Origin: a virus
Taxonomy: Duplodnaviria > Caudoviricetes
Length of the DNA stretch: 54,787 nucleotides
IMG/VR virus record: IMGVR_UViG_3300037233_000021
Coordinates: 1-54,787 of that record
Direction: 5' to 3' (one strand)
Part shown: positions 42,810-52,600 of the stretch, piece by piece
How positions within the stretch are numbered: position 1 is the first letter of the stretch
Layout of the letters: every line of letters begins with the position of its first letter
Translations under genes and position numbers: made by a program
The notes under the pieces: generated by a model
Database searches by the model: none
What the model was told of the DNA's origin: nothing
The model's input: the letters and a program-made list of their open reading frames with translations, nothing else

Positions 42810-43558
42810 GGGTTCCCCTGCACGATCTGCTGTCTGACGCTTCTGTGAGAGAGTTCGCAGAAGCATACGCAGCTGATGTCTTGAATGACACTAAACCCCC
42901 TGAATCGGTGGGTTATGTGAAGCCTTATTCTGACCTGTGGTGGAACTCCCGGCGCGGCAAGGTCACTTCCTCGAAGCGCCTGTACACCGTCCTGTACGGC
43001 ACGGTAGCCGCCAAGAACAAGATGCTGGATGATCTTGAGGCTGAGCTGGCCGATGGCTTCACATGGCCCGCAGAGGCTCAGGGCGCGGCGCTCTCCTGGG
43101 GCAAGGACCACGAGACGCAGGCGCGAAACCTGATCGAGCTGATGCACGACGTCAAGACTTACGAGCCTGGATTCCTGTGTCACACGGATGTTCCGATTCT
43201 CGCCTGCACGCCGGACTATGCCATCGTCGGCGCGGACATCACCGGCGAGATCAAGTGCCCCTACAAGCCAGAGAACCACCAGAAGCTCTTCCTGCAGGGG
43301 CTGAAGAGCAATGAAAAGTATGTCGTCCAGGTGCAGGGCCAGATGCTCATTACGTCCTCCGCCTGCGGATGGTTCAGTTCCTTCGATCCGCGCGCGACGC
43401 ACGCCATGCGCCTATCTCGGGAGACCATTCTGCCTGACGACGAGATGCAGACATCGATGCTGCATGGTTGCGAAAAGATCGCGAGTATGTTACATTCTGG
43501 ATCACGGTTCGGCAAAGGCCTAGTTACCACCCCAACCGGAGTGAGAAAATGCTTCTGA
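42806..43558 (+). CDS. YqaJ / lambda-exonuclease-family protein
   Basis: W..RRGKVTSS..WGKDHE..TPD..EIKCP..QVQGQM. Confidence 0.9.
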   Translation: MRVPLHDLLSDASVREFAEAYAADVLNDTKPPESVGYVKPYSDLWWNSRRGKVTSSKRLYTVLYGTVAAKNKMLDDLEAELADGFTWPAEAQGAALSWGKDHETQARNLIELMHDVKTYEPGFLCHTDVPILACTPDYAIVGADITGEIKCPYKPENHQKLFLQGLKSNEKYVVQVQGQMLITSSACGWFSSFDPRATHAMRLSRETILPDDEMQTSMLHGCEKIASMLHSGSRFGKGLVTTPTGVRKCF

Positions 43559-43692
43559 GAATCCGAAAGTACCTGTGTCCTGGCTGCGGCGGCGTCGTCA
43601 AGGTCAAAGCAAAGACCAAGTCCGTCCCGAGCTGGTGCGACCGGAGCCAGAAGGACGTCCGTCTCAAACTGATCTCGAAGGTGAAGTCATGA
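43549..43692 (+). CDS. Small Zn-ribbon protein
   Basis: CPGCG; coupled. Confidence 0.55.
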   Translation: MLLRIRKYLCPGCGGVVKVKAKTKSVPSWCDRSQKDVRLKLISKVKS

Positions 43693-44480
43693 CCGTCCGC
43701 ATCGTAGACGCTGTAGATCCGAACGCCACGAACGCTTCTGGCAAGCAGCTCGCGGTAGTAACGCTGGCGGTCGGAAAGATCGCCCGCTCGGTTCAGCCTG
43801 GAGAACTAGGCGCGATTATGCGCCAGCTCGACATCGACACCCTCGAAGTTGAGGACCAGCTCACCCGTGTGGTGATTAAGGACCAGCAGTCCTACGGTCT
43901 CGCCGGTGCGCTCGCGAAGGAAGTCTCTGGCCTTATTAAGTCCGCAGACATGCTGCGTATGAACATCGGCAAGCCGCTGCGCGACATGACGACCGAGCTG
44001 AACAAGCTGTTCAAAATCTACACAGACCGGCTCGACATCGTCAAGGAAGATTTGAACGCCAAGAGCGTTGTATACGGGCGCGTGCTCGCGGAAGAGGCGC
44101 GCATCAAGGCAGCCGCTGAACGCAAGCGTATCGAGGACGAAGCCTTGGCTCTAGCCGCCGCCGCCATCGGTATCGCAGGTGCAGAAGAGATCATGCAGGC
44201 AGGTGTTGAGGTCGCGGCCCAGGTCAGTGCGAAGGTTGAGCTGGTGGAAGCCTATGGCGTGAAGACCGGGCTCGTGAAGGTGAAGTCAGGGCTCGTGGTA
44301 GACGCTGTCGCGTTCCTGAAATTCCTGGTTGAAAACCCAGGAATGATACCGTCCGTGATAGAATTCAAGAAGTCAGGACTCAATCAGCTGGCTAAAGACT
44401 TCGGAACAGCTGGTGTACTGGTCAACGGCGTGTATGCCGGTGTTCAATTGGTCGAAACAGATTCATCGAGGAACTACTAA
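43689..44480 (+). CDS. Coiled-coil hypothetical protein of recombination modules
   Basis: ATGA overlap; helical heptads. Confidence 0.75.
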   Translation: MTVRIVDAVDPNATNASGKQLAVVTLAVGKIARSVQPGELGAIMRQLDIDTLEVEDQLTRVVIKDQQSYGLAGALAKEVSGLIKSADMLRMNIGKPLRDMTTELNKLFKIYTDRLDIVKEDLNAKSVVYGRVLAEEARIKAAAERKRIEDEALALAAAAIGIAGAEEIMQAGVEVAAQVSAKVELVEAYGVKTGLVKVKSGLVVDAVAFLKFLVENPGMIPSVIEFKKSGLNQLAKDFGTAGVLVNGVYAGVQLVETDSSRNY

Positions 44481-44936
44481 ATGTCAGTCAACAAAGTCAT
44501 GCTGCTCGGACATCTCGGGAAAGATCCCGAGAAGCGCCAAGTAGGCGACACGGTCGTCACAGCGTTCTCTCTCGCCACCAGCGAGAAGTGGACGGACAAA
44601 CGGTCAGGCGAGATCCACGAGAAGACTCAGTGGCACAATGTCGAAGCCTGGGGTCGCACCGGCGAGATCGCTGCTGAGTACCTCTTCAAGGGCTCAGAGG
44701 TTTTCATCGAGGGCACGCTCGACTACCAGACCTGGGACAAGAAGGACGGCGGCAAAGGCTACAAGACGATTGTCAAGGCACTCAGCCTGCAGTTCGTAGG
44801 TAGCGGCGGTCAGCGCGGCGAAGACAGCGACGACCAGGGTGCAGACTCAGGTCAGGAGCCTGAGCGTCCTGGTAGGGCTGCGCCGACAGCGGCTGCCAAG
44901 CAGTCCGCCCCGAGGGCAGGCAAGCTGCCATTCTGA
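44481..44936 (+). CDS. ssb: Single-stranded DNA-binding protein
   Basis: SVNKVMLLGHLGKDPE..TQWH..KGSEVFIEG; C-terminal LPF. Confidence 0.95.
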   Translation: MSVNKVMLLGHLGKDPEKRQVGDTVVTAFSLATSEKWTDKRSGEIHEKTQWHNVEAWGRTGEIAAEYLFKGSEVFIEGTLDYQTWDKKDGGKGYKTIVKALSLQFVGSGGQRGEDSDDQGADSGQEPERPGRAAPTAAAKQSAPRAGKLPF

Positions 44937-45583
44937 TGCGCTCCATAAGCATCGACATCGAGACCAAGGGCACGGACAAGAATTCGTTCGTGCTCGCAAT
45001 CGGGGCCTGCGCGTTTGACGACAGCGGCTTCAACAAGAACATCGACAAGTGTAAGGTCGCGGTGTTCTACGGTCAGGTGCCCTGGGACGACCCTGCTCAG
45101 GCCGAGCGAGTCGTCGATGCATCCACCCTGCAATGGTGGGACGGTCAAGCGGAGGCGCGCAGGCTGCTGCAGTCTCCGAACTCCCAGGAGATCGTGTACC
45201 AGTACAAAGGGCTCGTCCCTCTCCTGGAAGCATACCTGATGTTCGTGCGCGAGGAGCGCTCGAAAGACGGCAAGATCATTGCGCAGGGTACGGACTTCGA
45301 CTGCGCCATCCTTGATCAGGCGATCAAATACTTCGACCTCGAAGTGTCCAAGTCGTGGAAGTTCTGGGATCACCAGTGCCTGCGCGCGTTCGCGGACGCC
45401 GCCCACCGCGCCGGGGTGTCGCAGATCCGCGCCACGATTCCTGTCGGTGATAAGAAGAAATTCGTCAAGCATCACGCCGCCGACGACGCGATGCAGCAGG
45501 CTGCCAAGTACCAAGCCTACTCCCACGAGCTATGGAAGCTCTCTCAACGCACCGCCCAGAAAGGGCTGGAGTTCATTTCTTGA
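44936..45583 (+). CDS. 3'-5' exonuclease (DEDDh, DUF5051-like)
   Basis: IDIET..IGA..TLQWW..GTDFDC..HHAADDA. Confidence 0.85.
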   Translation: MRSISIDIETKGTDKNSFVLAIGACAFDDSGFNKNIDKCKVAVFYGQVPWDDPAQAERVVDASTLQWWDGQAEARRLLQSPNSQEIVYQYKGLVPLLEAYLMFVREERSKDGKIIAQGTDFDCAILDQAIKYFDLEVSKSWKFWDHQCLRAFADAAHRAGVSQIRATIPVGDKKKFVKHHAADDAMQQAAKYQAYSHELWKLSQRTAQKGLEFIS

Positions 45584-45924
45584 AGAAGATCACCACCGCA
45601 TTGAAGTTCGAGCGCTGGCTGAAACGCCAGCCTCTGCGCACGGAGTTCTCTCAGTGCAGAGCCGGGAAGTGCCCGCTCGCGAAATACTCAGCGTCATACA
45701 TTGACTTCGGGCAGCAGTACACTGAGTACCGCAACCCAAAAGACGGAGACTCGCGTCGCAAAATCTCCCTCCCCCGTTGGGCAAAGAGTTACGTTTACCG
45801 CTTCGACAACCTGGGAGACGGTGACCCTGGGTTCATAAAGAACATCAAGTCCCCTTATCCAACCATGAAGAATCACGTCTTCAATAAGAATGGCGCTCTG
45901 TTCGCGCTGAGGTACTTACGATGA
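45580..45924 (+). CDS. Hypothetical protein
   Basis: TTG start with GGAG RBS; CPLAKY..LPRWA motif. Confidence 0.6.
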   Translation: MKKITTALKFERWLKRQPLRTEFSQCRAGKCPLAKYSASYIDFGQQYTEYRNPKDGDSRRKISLPRWAKSYVYRFDNLGDGDPGFIKNIKSPYPTMKNHVFNKNGALFALRYLR

Positions 45925-46427
45925 GAGGTTATGCAAGCCGCGAGCCGCAGAAGCGTCCAGACGAATTGACGGTGAGCCGTGAGACGACCATGTCTTTATT
46001 CAGCGTCGTCGAGCAGATTCAGCTGCTCGGTAAGCTCAGCGAGAAGACAGGGAACAAATACGAGCGCCTTAACAGCGCGTGGTCCGGCGTGACCTGGGTT
46101 GCTACAGTTAAACGGGCTCCTGGAATCTGGGTGCCTATCAGCCTGATCAGCGTCATAGGTCTGCGCTACAATTTCAAGGACCATGACACTCACCCCATCC
46201 CGGTAGAGCAGTTCCTGGCTGTGCCGCTCGTCATGCAGGGCGCGCTTAAGGTAGGCCTCATAGTTCAGTTCCACGACTGCGTGGCCGCGCGCGTCATCAG
46301 CGAGAAGCTCGGGGATATCACCGAGATCATGACGAATGCCAGGATCGGAGACACGCTGGATATGTCTGACACCAGCTCCCTGGTCAATGACTTCGACGCA
46401 GCCAGCTTCGTACTGCTCGATCTATGA
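45921..46427 (+). CDS. Hypothetical protein
   Basis: Coupled ORF. Confidence 0.65.
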   Translation: MRGYASREPQKRPDELTVSRETTMSLFSVVEQIQLLGKLSEKTGNKYERLNSAWSGVTWVATVKRAPGIWVPISLISVIGLRYNFKDHDTHPIPVEQFLAVPLVMQGALKVGLIVQFHDCVAARVISEKLGDITEIMTNARIGDTLDMSDTSSLVNDFDAASFVLLDL

Positions 46428-46612
46428 ACATTACGCGCTGGATCATCGTCGGTGCCATGACTGCTGACCTTCGTGCTAAGATCAGGTCGCTCCCTCTATG
46501 GGAGTACAGAGATCCGGTCGAGTTCAGTCGTGCAGTGGCAGAAATTTACAGGCTAGAGAGAGAAGAAGAAAATATGAAAACCCCAGTGGCTACCAATGAA
46601 TCCCCAGCATGA
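46424..46612 (+). CDS. Hypothetical protein
   Basis: ATGA overlap. Confidence 0.55.
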   Translation: MNITRWIIVGAMTADLRAKIRSLPLWEYRDPVEFSRAVAEIYRLEREEENMKTPVATNESPA

Positions 46613-47105
46613 CCGCAAGACGTACATCGCCAATTCTGGCCGCAGTGCTCAGGAATCTGTCACGCGCCACCGAGCGGGAGAGCATCCTCCCTGCTTTGAG
46701 ACTCTTAGTCAATATCGGCGGTGGCTTGCCCAGAATAAGCTCGCCCCTGTCCCGGCGCGCGACGTCTTCCCGCGAGAACCCAATTATTGCCACGATTGCA
46801 CGGCTGGATTCCAGGCTGATGCAATTAAGCGACGAGTCTGTCTCTTTCCTGCTGTCGGGTTTGAAGAGCGAACCGAGCCGTCCTTTGGACGAGAGCCCGC
46901 AGCCCTCAAAGAAATCCTCCCACCACGTAGCACGGAGATCGTAGGTTATGAAGCACGAGAAGGTTCCAGTAGGCGAAGAGATAATCCATCGCTGGCAAAA
47001 ACTGTGCTGCGCCGTGTTGATGCGGTCCCTGCTCGACTACCACAAGTGGAATCGAATGACGGGCAGGCAGATAGCGGTTGGGATATCCCTGGGAAAGGAA
47101 GCTGA
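46596..47105 (+). CDS. Cys-containing hypothetical protein
   Basis: PPCF..YCHDCT..C motif. Confidence 0.6.
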   Translation: MNPQHDRKTYIANSGRSAQESVTRHRAGEHPPCFETLSQYRRWLAQNKLAPVPARDVFPREPNYCHDCTAGFQADAIKRRVCLFPAVGFEERTEPSFGREPAALKEILPPRSTEIVGYEAREGSSRRRDNPSLAKTVLRRVDAVPARLPQVESNDGQADSGWDIPGKGS

Positions 47106-47382
47106 TTCCTGGATCAGGCAGCAGGTCGTGTCCTCAGTCAACATCCAGCATTGTATGGACGCCGTTCACTTCAAGGGTACGCTCACGCAGTTCCAGGAGA
47201 AGTGCATGTGCGCTGCCACAGGTGACCAGCTGCAGGAGACTAATGCGTGGCGGGATTCGTTTTACCAGGAGGAGTCTGCTGCAGAGAGCGAATCTTCGCC
47301 ATCCGACCGTCACACTCTACCAGAGCTTCATGAGATGAAACAGCCCAGTCAAACACACCGGGAAGCATCATCGGCCCAGTAG
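46948..47382 (+). CDS. Hypothetical protein
   Basis: KL..AVL...L.D..A..W pattern; overlaps neighbours. Confidence 0.5.
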   Translation: MKHEKVPVGEEIIHRWQKLCCAVLMRSLLDYHKWNRMTGRQIAVGISLGKEADSWIRQQVVSSVNIQHCMDAVHFKGTLTQFQEKCMCAATGDQLQETNAWRDSFYQEESAAESESSPSDRHTLPELHEMKQPSQTHREASSAQ

Positions 47383-47554
47383 TAGGCAATGGCTCAACGG
47401 TGTCGCAAGGTGCGGTTAAGGCCGGGTCCAGGGGAACCAGGACCAGCTTCGGGATCGTGACCGTATTCGTCTTAACGATTTGCGTCGGCGCTGCGCAGGA
47501 CGCTAGCAACGTCAGGATACTGAGAATTAAGGTCGATTGTAAGAAGTGGTGCAT
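47240..47554 (-). CDS. o-spanin (Rz1-like lipoprotein)
   Basis: Lipobox LASC, Pro-rich, L..C..RMAKIR; overlaps the i-spanin 3' end. Confidence 0.8.
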   Translation of the reverse strand: MHHFLQSTLILSILTLLASCAAPTQIVKTNTVTIPKLVLVPLDPALTAPCDTVEPLPTTGPMMLPGVFDWAVSSHEALVECDGRMAKIRSLQQTPPGKTNPATH

Positions 47555-47909
47555 CTGATGGTTTTCCTTGAAAAGACTTTAGAGCTGAACGAGACACCGC
47601 AAGACCCTGAGTCAGGCGGGTCCGAGTCTGCTCTGCTTCAGTGGCGGCTTGAGCAGACGCGACTCCTGCAGCAGCAAATTGCTGAGTGCAGGTTGCCAGA
47701 CCTGCTTGTATTTCGAGAATCGATCTCTCGTCAGTTCGGTTCGCATCTTGAGCTGTGGATAGCTGCGATTTTATGGCGGTCACTTCCATCGACAGCGCGT
47801 GATTTGTTTTGTGCTGCACGTAGGCAGTCAGAAGTAGTCCCGCAAGCGCTGCGACTAACGCCATCGTGACGTAGGAGCCACCGAAGAACTTAAGAATTGT
47901 TGCCCACAT
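47472..47909 (-). CDS. i-spanin (Rz-like)
   Basis: N-terminal TM plus periplasmic coiled coil. Confidence 0.75.
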   Translation of the reverse strand: MWATILKFFGGSYVTMALVAALAGLLLTAYVQHKTNHALSMEVTAIKSQLSTAQDANRTDERSILEIQAGLATCTQQFAAAGVASAQAATEAEQTRTRLTQGLAVSRSALKSFQGKPSDAPLLTIDLNSQYPDVASVLRSADANR

Positions 47910-47910
47910 T

Positions 47911-48351
47911 TTACAGCCCCCTGTCTCTTGATTCGACGTTATCCACTCGATCCCTGTCGCCACCCTGGCTCTGATCGTCATCATCTTTGCTCGGATCACA
48001 TGGAGCTTGGTCCCAGTTTCTCCCGCCGCCAATGTACACTTTGAAGGCGTAGCCTAAGACAGTGCATATCGGGGCAGTGATGACGCCTGCAAACGCAGTG
48101 ACGTTTCCGGTGCGCTCCGCTGGCTGCAGCACCATGTACCAGTGTAACATGACCCCCAGCTTCCACGCCGACCAGACGAACATAGGAACTATGATCAGCC
48201 TGGGCACGATCCGCAGAGAGTCTATAACCTCCGACCAATGCATCCATTTGACCTTACCTGGGATGTCAGGGGTCTTGGCTACCGGCGCGGGCGTCGGTAC
48301 AGCAGACGCAGGCGGCGCGGTAGCTGTTGCTGTGATGCTTAAGCCTGTCAT
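47911..48351 (-). CDS. Putative holin (2 TM)
   Basis: IDSLRIVPRL motif, two TMs, between endolysin and spanins. Confidence 0.6.
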   Translation of the reverse strand: MTGLSITATATAPPASAVPTPAPVAKTPDIPGKVKWMHWSEVIDSLRIVPRLIIVPMFVWSAWKLGVMLHWYMVLQPAERTGNVTAFAGVITAPICTVLGYAFKVYIGGGRNWDQAPCDPSKDDDDQSQGGDRDRVDNVESRDRGL

Positions 48352-48959
48352 GGGCCACCCACGCATTCGAGGAATTTCAAGATCCAGCTCGTCCGTAGAG
48401 CTAGTCCGTCCAGCCCGCCGTTGATGCGCCGGGTGACTCCCTGCCAGTCCTGGGCGTCTGCCAGCTCGTTACAGCCATGAGCCGACCAGAACCAAGCCGC
48501 ACTGGAAGCCCCAGGAGCGGTTTGGAGGAGTAACTCGGGTGAGGACAGCAGGTCCAAGGCGAGCGCCCTGCCACAGAGCCCGTACTCGGCCCTGCCGGTA
48601 ATCTGGATGGGACCGCGCCCGTGGTAGAGGTAGCCGTCGCCGGAGGATGAGTTCCCCATCCTGTTGCCGTACACGAGGTAGGCAAGCGCCGGTGGGTTGT
48701 AAGCGTACCCCGTGGTCTTGTCCAGGGTCGGGAAACGGTTGGGCCACACTCGCATCAGGTCTTGAGGGGAATAACTGAGATTCTCCTCAAAGTCTGTGAA
48801 CTGGGTTGACTCATAGCACGTCTGTCCCAGGAACCCGGCGATGCGCAGGCGTGTGTTGATACCCCAGGGGTCGAGGTCGCACATGCCGAGGACCGCTAGA
48901 AACCAGTTGTCATCCGCCAGGGGGATGATGTCGATGAACTGGTCAAGGTTCATGTCCAT
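48348..48959 (-). CDS. Endolysin, glycoside hydrolase family 19
   Basis: FLGQ..ES..ENLSYS..GDGY.YHGRGPIQITG..NY-like..TRRINGG..GL..R. Confidence 0.92.
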   Translation of the reverse strand: MDMNLDQFIDIIPLADDNWFLAVLGMCDLDPWGINTRLRIAGFLGQTCYESTQFTDFEENLSYSPQDLMRVWPNRFPTLDKTTGYAYNPPALAYLVYGNRMGNSSSGDGYLYHGRGPIQITGRAEYGLCGRALALDLLSSPELLLQTAPGASSAAWFWSAHGCNELADAQDWQGVTRRINGGLDGLALRTSWILKFLECVGGP

Positions 48960-49303
48960 TACTTGTTCTCTGTCTTCTGCGCATTCAAGGCATGACCTGC
49001 GGCTCGATCTGACGCAGACTGGGTGGCGTCTGCAATATCACGGGTAGCCTTGGATGACGCGGTGACGGCAGCCTCACGCGCGTGGTCAGCGATATCCTCT
49101 GCAGCCGTGCGCTCCTCTTTCAGTAGGGAAAACATCTTATCGAGCCTGCTGTTCGTGCTGACGTGGATCTCTGCGAGCACCTGGTCTTGTCCAGTGAGTG
49201 ACCTCTTATTGTGTAAGCCGATGATCACAGCAACGCAGCCGATGATGGCTGTGGCGCAGGTGCCTATGGCTTCAATGAGCGGCAGCAGGTTCGGGTCTAT
49301 CAT
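48959..49303 (-). CDS. Single-TM lysis-region protein
   Basis: N-terminal TM, EIHVSTNSRL, coiled coil. Confidence 0.65.
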   Translation of the reverse strand: MIDPNLLPLIEAIGTCATAIIGCVAVIIGLHNKRSLTGQDQVLAEIHVSTNSRLDKMFSLLKEERTAAEDIADHAREAAVTASSKATRDIADATQSASDRAAGHALNAQKTENK

Positions 49304-49647
49304 AAATGTGTATCCTCTAGTCGTTTGCGAACTGCGTCTTTTTCGGTGCTCAGAGCTACCCTCACATCCTTAGCCTCAGTCCTGGCGTCGTCCTTCGATG
49401 CAAGCATGAGTGTCATGATCTCACGGTGACTGGCGTGCATCTGCTCGCCAACCACTTCGATTTTATCATACAGCCTGGACACGTCAGACCGAGTGGCCTG
49501 CGTGGTTTCAAGCGCAGTCAAGCGTGTGATGGTTGCGAGATGGTTCTCCTTGTCAGCCTGAATGTGCCCACGGCCCAGCCATGCCACAACCGTTACCGCG
49601 ACCATCCAGCCCTTAGTTGTCAAACTGTTGAAATCGAAATCCATCAC
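49300..49647 (-). CDS. Single-TM coiled-coil lysis-region protein
   Basis: TM followed by TRSDV..L..KIE pattern. Confidence 0.65.
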   Translation of the reverse strand: MMDFDFNSLTTKGWMVAVTVVAWLGRGHIQADKENHLATITRLTALETTQATRSDVSRLYDKIEVVGEQMHASHREIMTLMLASKDDARTEAKDVRVALSTEKDAVRKRLEDTHL

Positions 49648-52600
49648 GCTACCTCTTCAATTGCGGCCCGAACGGATGCGGGCATTCGTTTACTAAGCTG
49701 AGCGAACAGGCTCGCGGTGTGCGGCATGTCGTTGGCGCGCAGGATTGCCGCCTTGTCGTTCATCGTTGTGGCCTTACTGAGTTCGAGCATGACTTTCTTG
49801 TTTTCGATACCACCAGGGCGGTACTCGTAGGTTTCGTGCGCGGACTCGTTGATGCCTTTCTGTAGTTCGTCCACAGATTCTTTCTTCTCTGCGGCAGACA
49901 TGTCTGGATCAGCCATGATCTGGCGCTGCATCTTCTGAGACGCGTGAATCTGCTTCGCTACTGGTCCCATTGATTGCTCTGCAACCCATTCCGATGGGTC
50001 AGCATCCTGCATGGCCTGCGCTCGCTGCTGAGCCTCTTCGTCGTGCTGTGCCTCAAGCTCACGTATGGTGGCCTCAATCGGCGCGGCTGCCTTCATCACG
50101 CGGTTCAGTTCCTGCAGTGATCGCGTCGTGTGCGGCTCACCTTCCTGTCCAGGTATCAAGCTCCCGATGACAGGGAGCTGCCTCCAAATGCTGTCAGTTG
50201 ACTTTGGTGCCATATGTGCGGCACGCATCATTATGTCTGTAGTCTGCAGCACGTAGTTTCCGAGCATACCGCTGTACGCACGCACCAGGAAGTCCAGCTG
50301 CTTCGGGCTCTGCATCCATCCGCCGAACGGCATGTGGCGAGCGATAGCGGTGATAGTCGGGCTCGTGCGAGGGCCTACCTGTTCACTTGGTGCCAGCTCT
50401 TGGTCGAACGATGTGAGGATTGGGTTTCCGTTGTTGGTCCAGTCGCTGTTGCCGTACACTTCAGCCAACGGCTTCACCAGCTGCGGAGTAGGGTTCAGGT
50501 TGAGCCCGTTCATCACAGAATGAAACATAAAGAGCGCCTGCTCTTTTGCGATGGTTCCTTTGTTGCTCGATAAGGCTGCTGTCGCTATAGCTTCAGGGAA
50601 TGTACCAAATATCTGGCCGCTCTCGAATTGCTTCGGCACATGGAACCTGTGGTCTCCGATGTACACGTTGAACGATGTCTCGCGCTGCAGATCCGGCAGC
50701 TCTTGGTACGCCGGGTTGTTGAGGTTATGGAACAGCGCAGCGGAAGCAAGGAACGCAATCGCGCCACCCTTGATCAGGGTAGCTGCATACGCAGCATCGA
50801 GCGAGTGCAGGACAGTTCGCGCAACAATCTTCTTGCCGATAGTCGGCGCGTAGGCTCCAGAGTTGCTGACCATCGAGCGCCCTGTCTTGTACATGCCCTG
50901 TGAGTGCGCGCCCCAGAACGGCACGGTCTCAACTATCGCGTGCACGAGCGGTGAGGCTCCGCGCATAGCGTAGTCCATGATGTCGCGCGCCTCGAAGGCC
51001 GCGAGCTTGTGGCTGGCCGTAGTCTTGAGGGTCTTCTCGTAGACGGTGACGCGGCTGGCGTTCTCCGAACTCGATGTGAGGTTCAGGTAGTTCTGCCACT
51101 GCCGACCGACCCACGAGGACTTGGTCAGGTACTTCTTGCGCCCAACATTCAGGTCGGACGGGTCATTGCGTCCCTGGTTGAAAGATGCGCCAGCGGCAGA
51201 CATCCTGCGGAACGAATCGCTTGCTGTCACAGCCTTGATGGTTCCAGTGATCGCGCTGACGATAGGGGTCACCGGCATGATGCCGCGCGAGACGACCCAG
51301 GCGTTGATGTTGTCCTTGTACAGGGTGCGCAGCCAGAATACCGGCGTGTGCACGATAGCTGCGGTGAGCCCACGCTTCGCTCCACCGAAGAGCCCCATAG
51401 CTGTCTTGAGCCCACGGACCTGCGAGAGGGACGCCAGCGGGCTATTCTTGAGCGCGGCGAACGATTGGGCCAGCATTGGGTCGAACAGCTTATGGATCTC
51501 TTTCTTGCCGTTGCGCCAGATTGTGATCGTGTCATCTCCTCTGGAAGCCTGATGCATGCTGAGCAGCTGCCGGACGCCAGCCATCGAGGATGCGCCAACA
51601 GGCTCTACGCCCATCTTCTCAAGAGCAGCGTTGATACCTTCGGGCGACATGACAGCGTCCACGATGTCGGGCTGACGAATCGCGAGACCGTGCGGAGTGA
51701 TATTGTCGATGGCGACTCGCGCCGCGTGCGCCTTGGTAGCCGCGCTGATGAGCGCCTTCCAGTTCTGCACCATATTGCCGGTGATGTCCCTGACGTTCTG
51801 GGTGCCACCCTTCAGGCGCGTGATCGGGTTCTTGACGCTGCCGAGCGCGCCGGATGCGAACGGGCCGACATTGGTATCTTCTGCCACCCTGTACAGGGGC
51901 GTGTAGTTCTCGGACTCCCACATCGGGCGAGTCTCACCGTCGATGATTCCAGCAGCCTGAGCGAAGTCCAGGACATTCTTGTTGAGCTTGGCGACGTCCT
52001 TCTGCATCTGCACGAAGTGCGGATACCTCACAGCCATCGACAGCGCGTCCGCGATGTCTTCCTGCGTCAGAGAGTTCTCACGGCCTTCCTTCATCAGGTC
52101 GTTCGAGCGCAGCCCGTACTGATACCACTCGAAGTTGCGCAGCATCTGCGGATCGTTACCGAGCGGCGCGTGGATCTGGTTGAGGGGTTTCACGCTCGTA
52201 TCGATATCTGGAGCCATCGACTTGTCAGGGTCGAAGCCAGCGGTGGCCGTCCACTTGATTCCGCCCCACTCCATCAGGGTACGGATCTGCGGCATGACGT
52301 TGGTAGACAGGCGCGCGGAGATGTAGCCGCTCTCTGCCGGTGGAACCTTGCCGTCCTCTTCGTACTGCTTGATGCGGTACAGCTGGTCGGCGCTGTCGAT
52401 CAGCCATTTGGAGCGCACATCGTTCATGGTGCGCGTCATGCGGGTTTTGTAGCCTTCGGTGTTCGGTCCTTTTGGCTGCTCACCCATCTTGGCGTTCTGG
52501 CGCTTGATGGACTCGGCATCTGGCGGCACCACGGCGAACTTCACGCTCGCGGCTTCCTTGGCGTCACGAGCCTCAGATACGCGATGCGCCCAGCTTCCGT

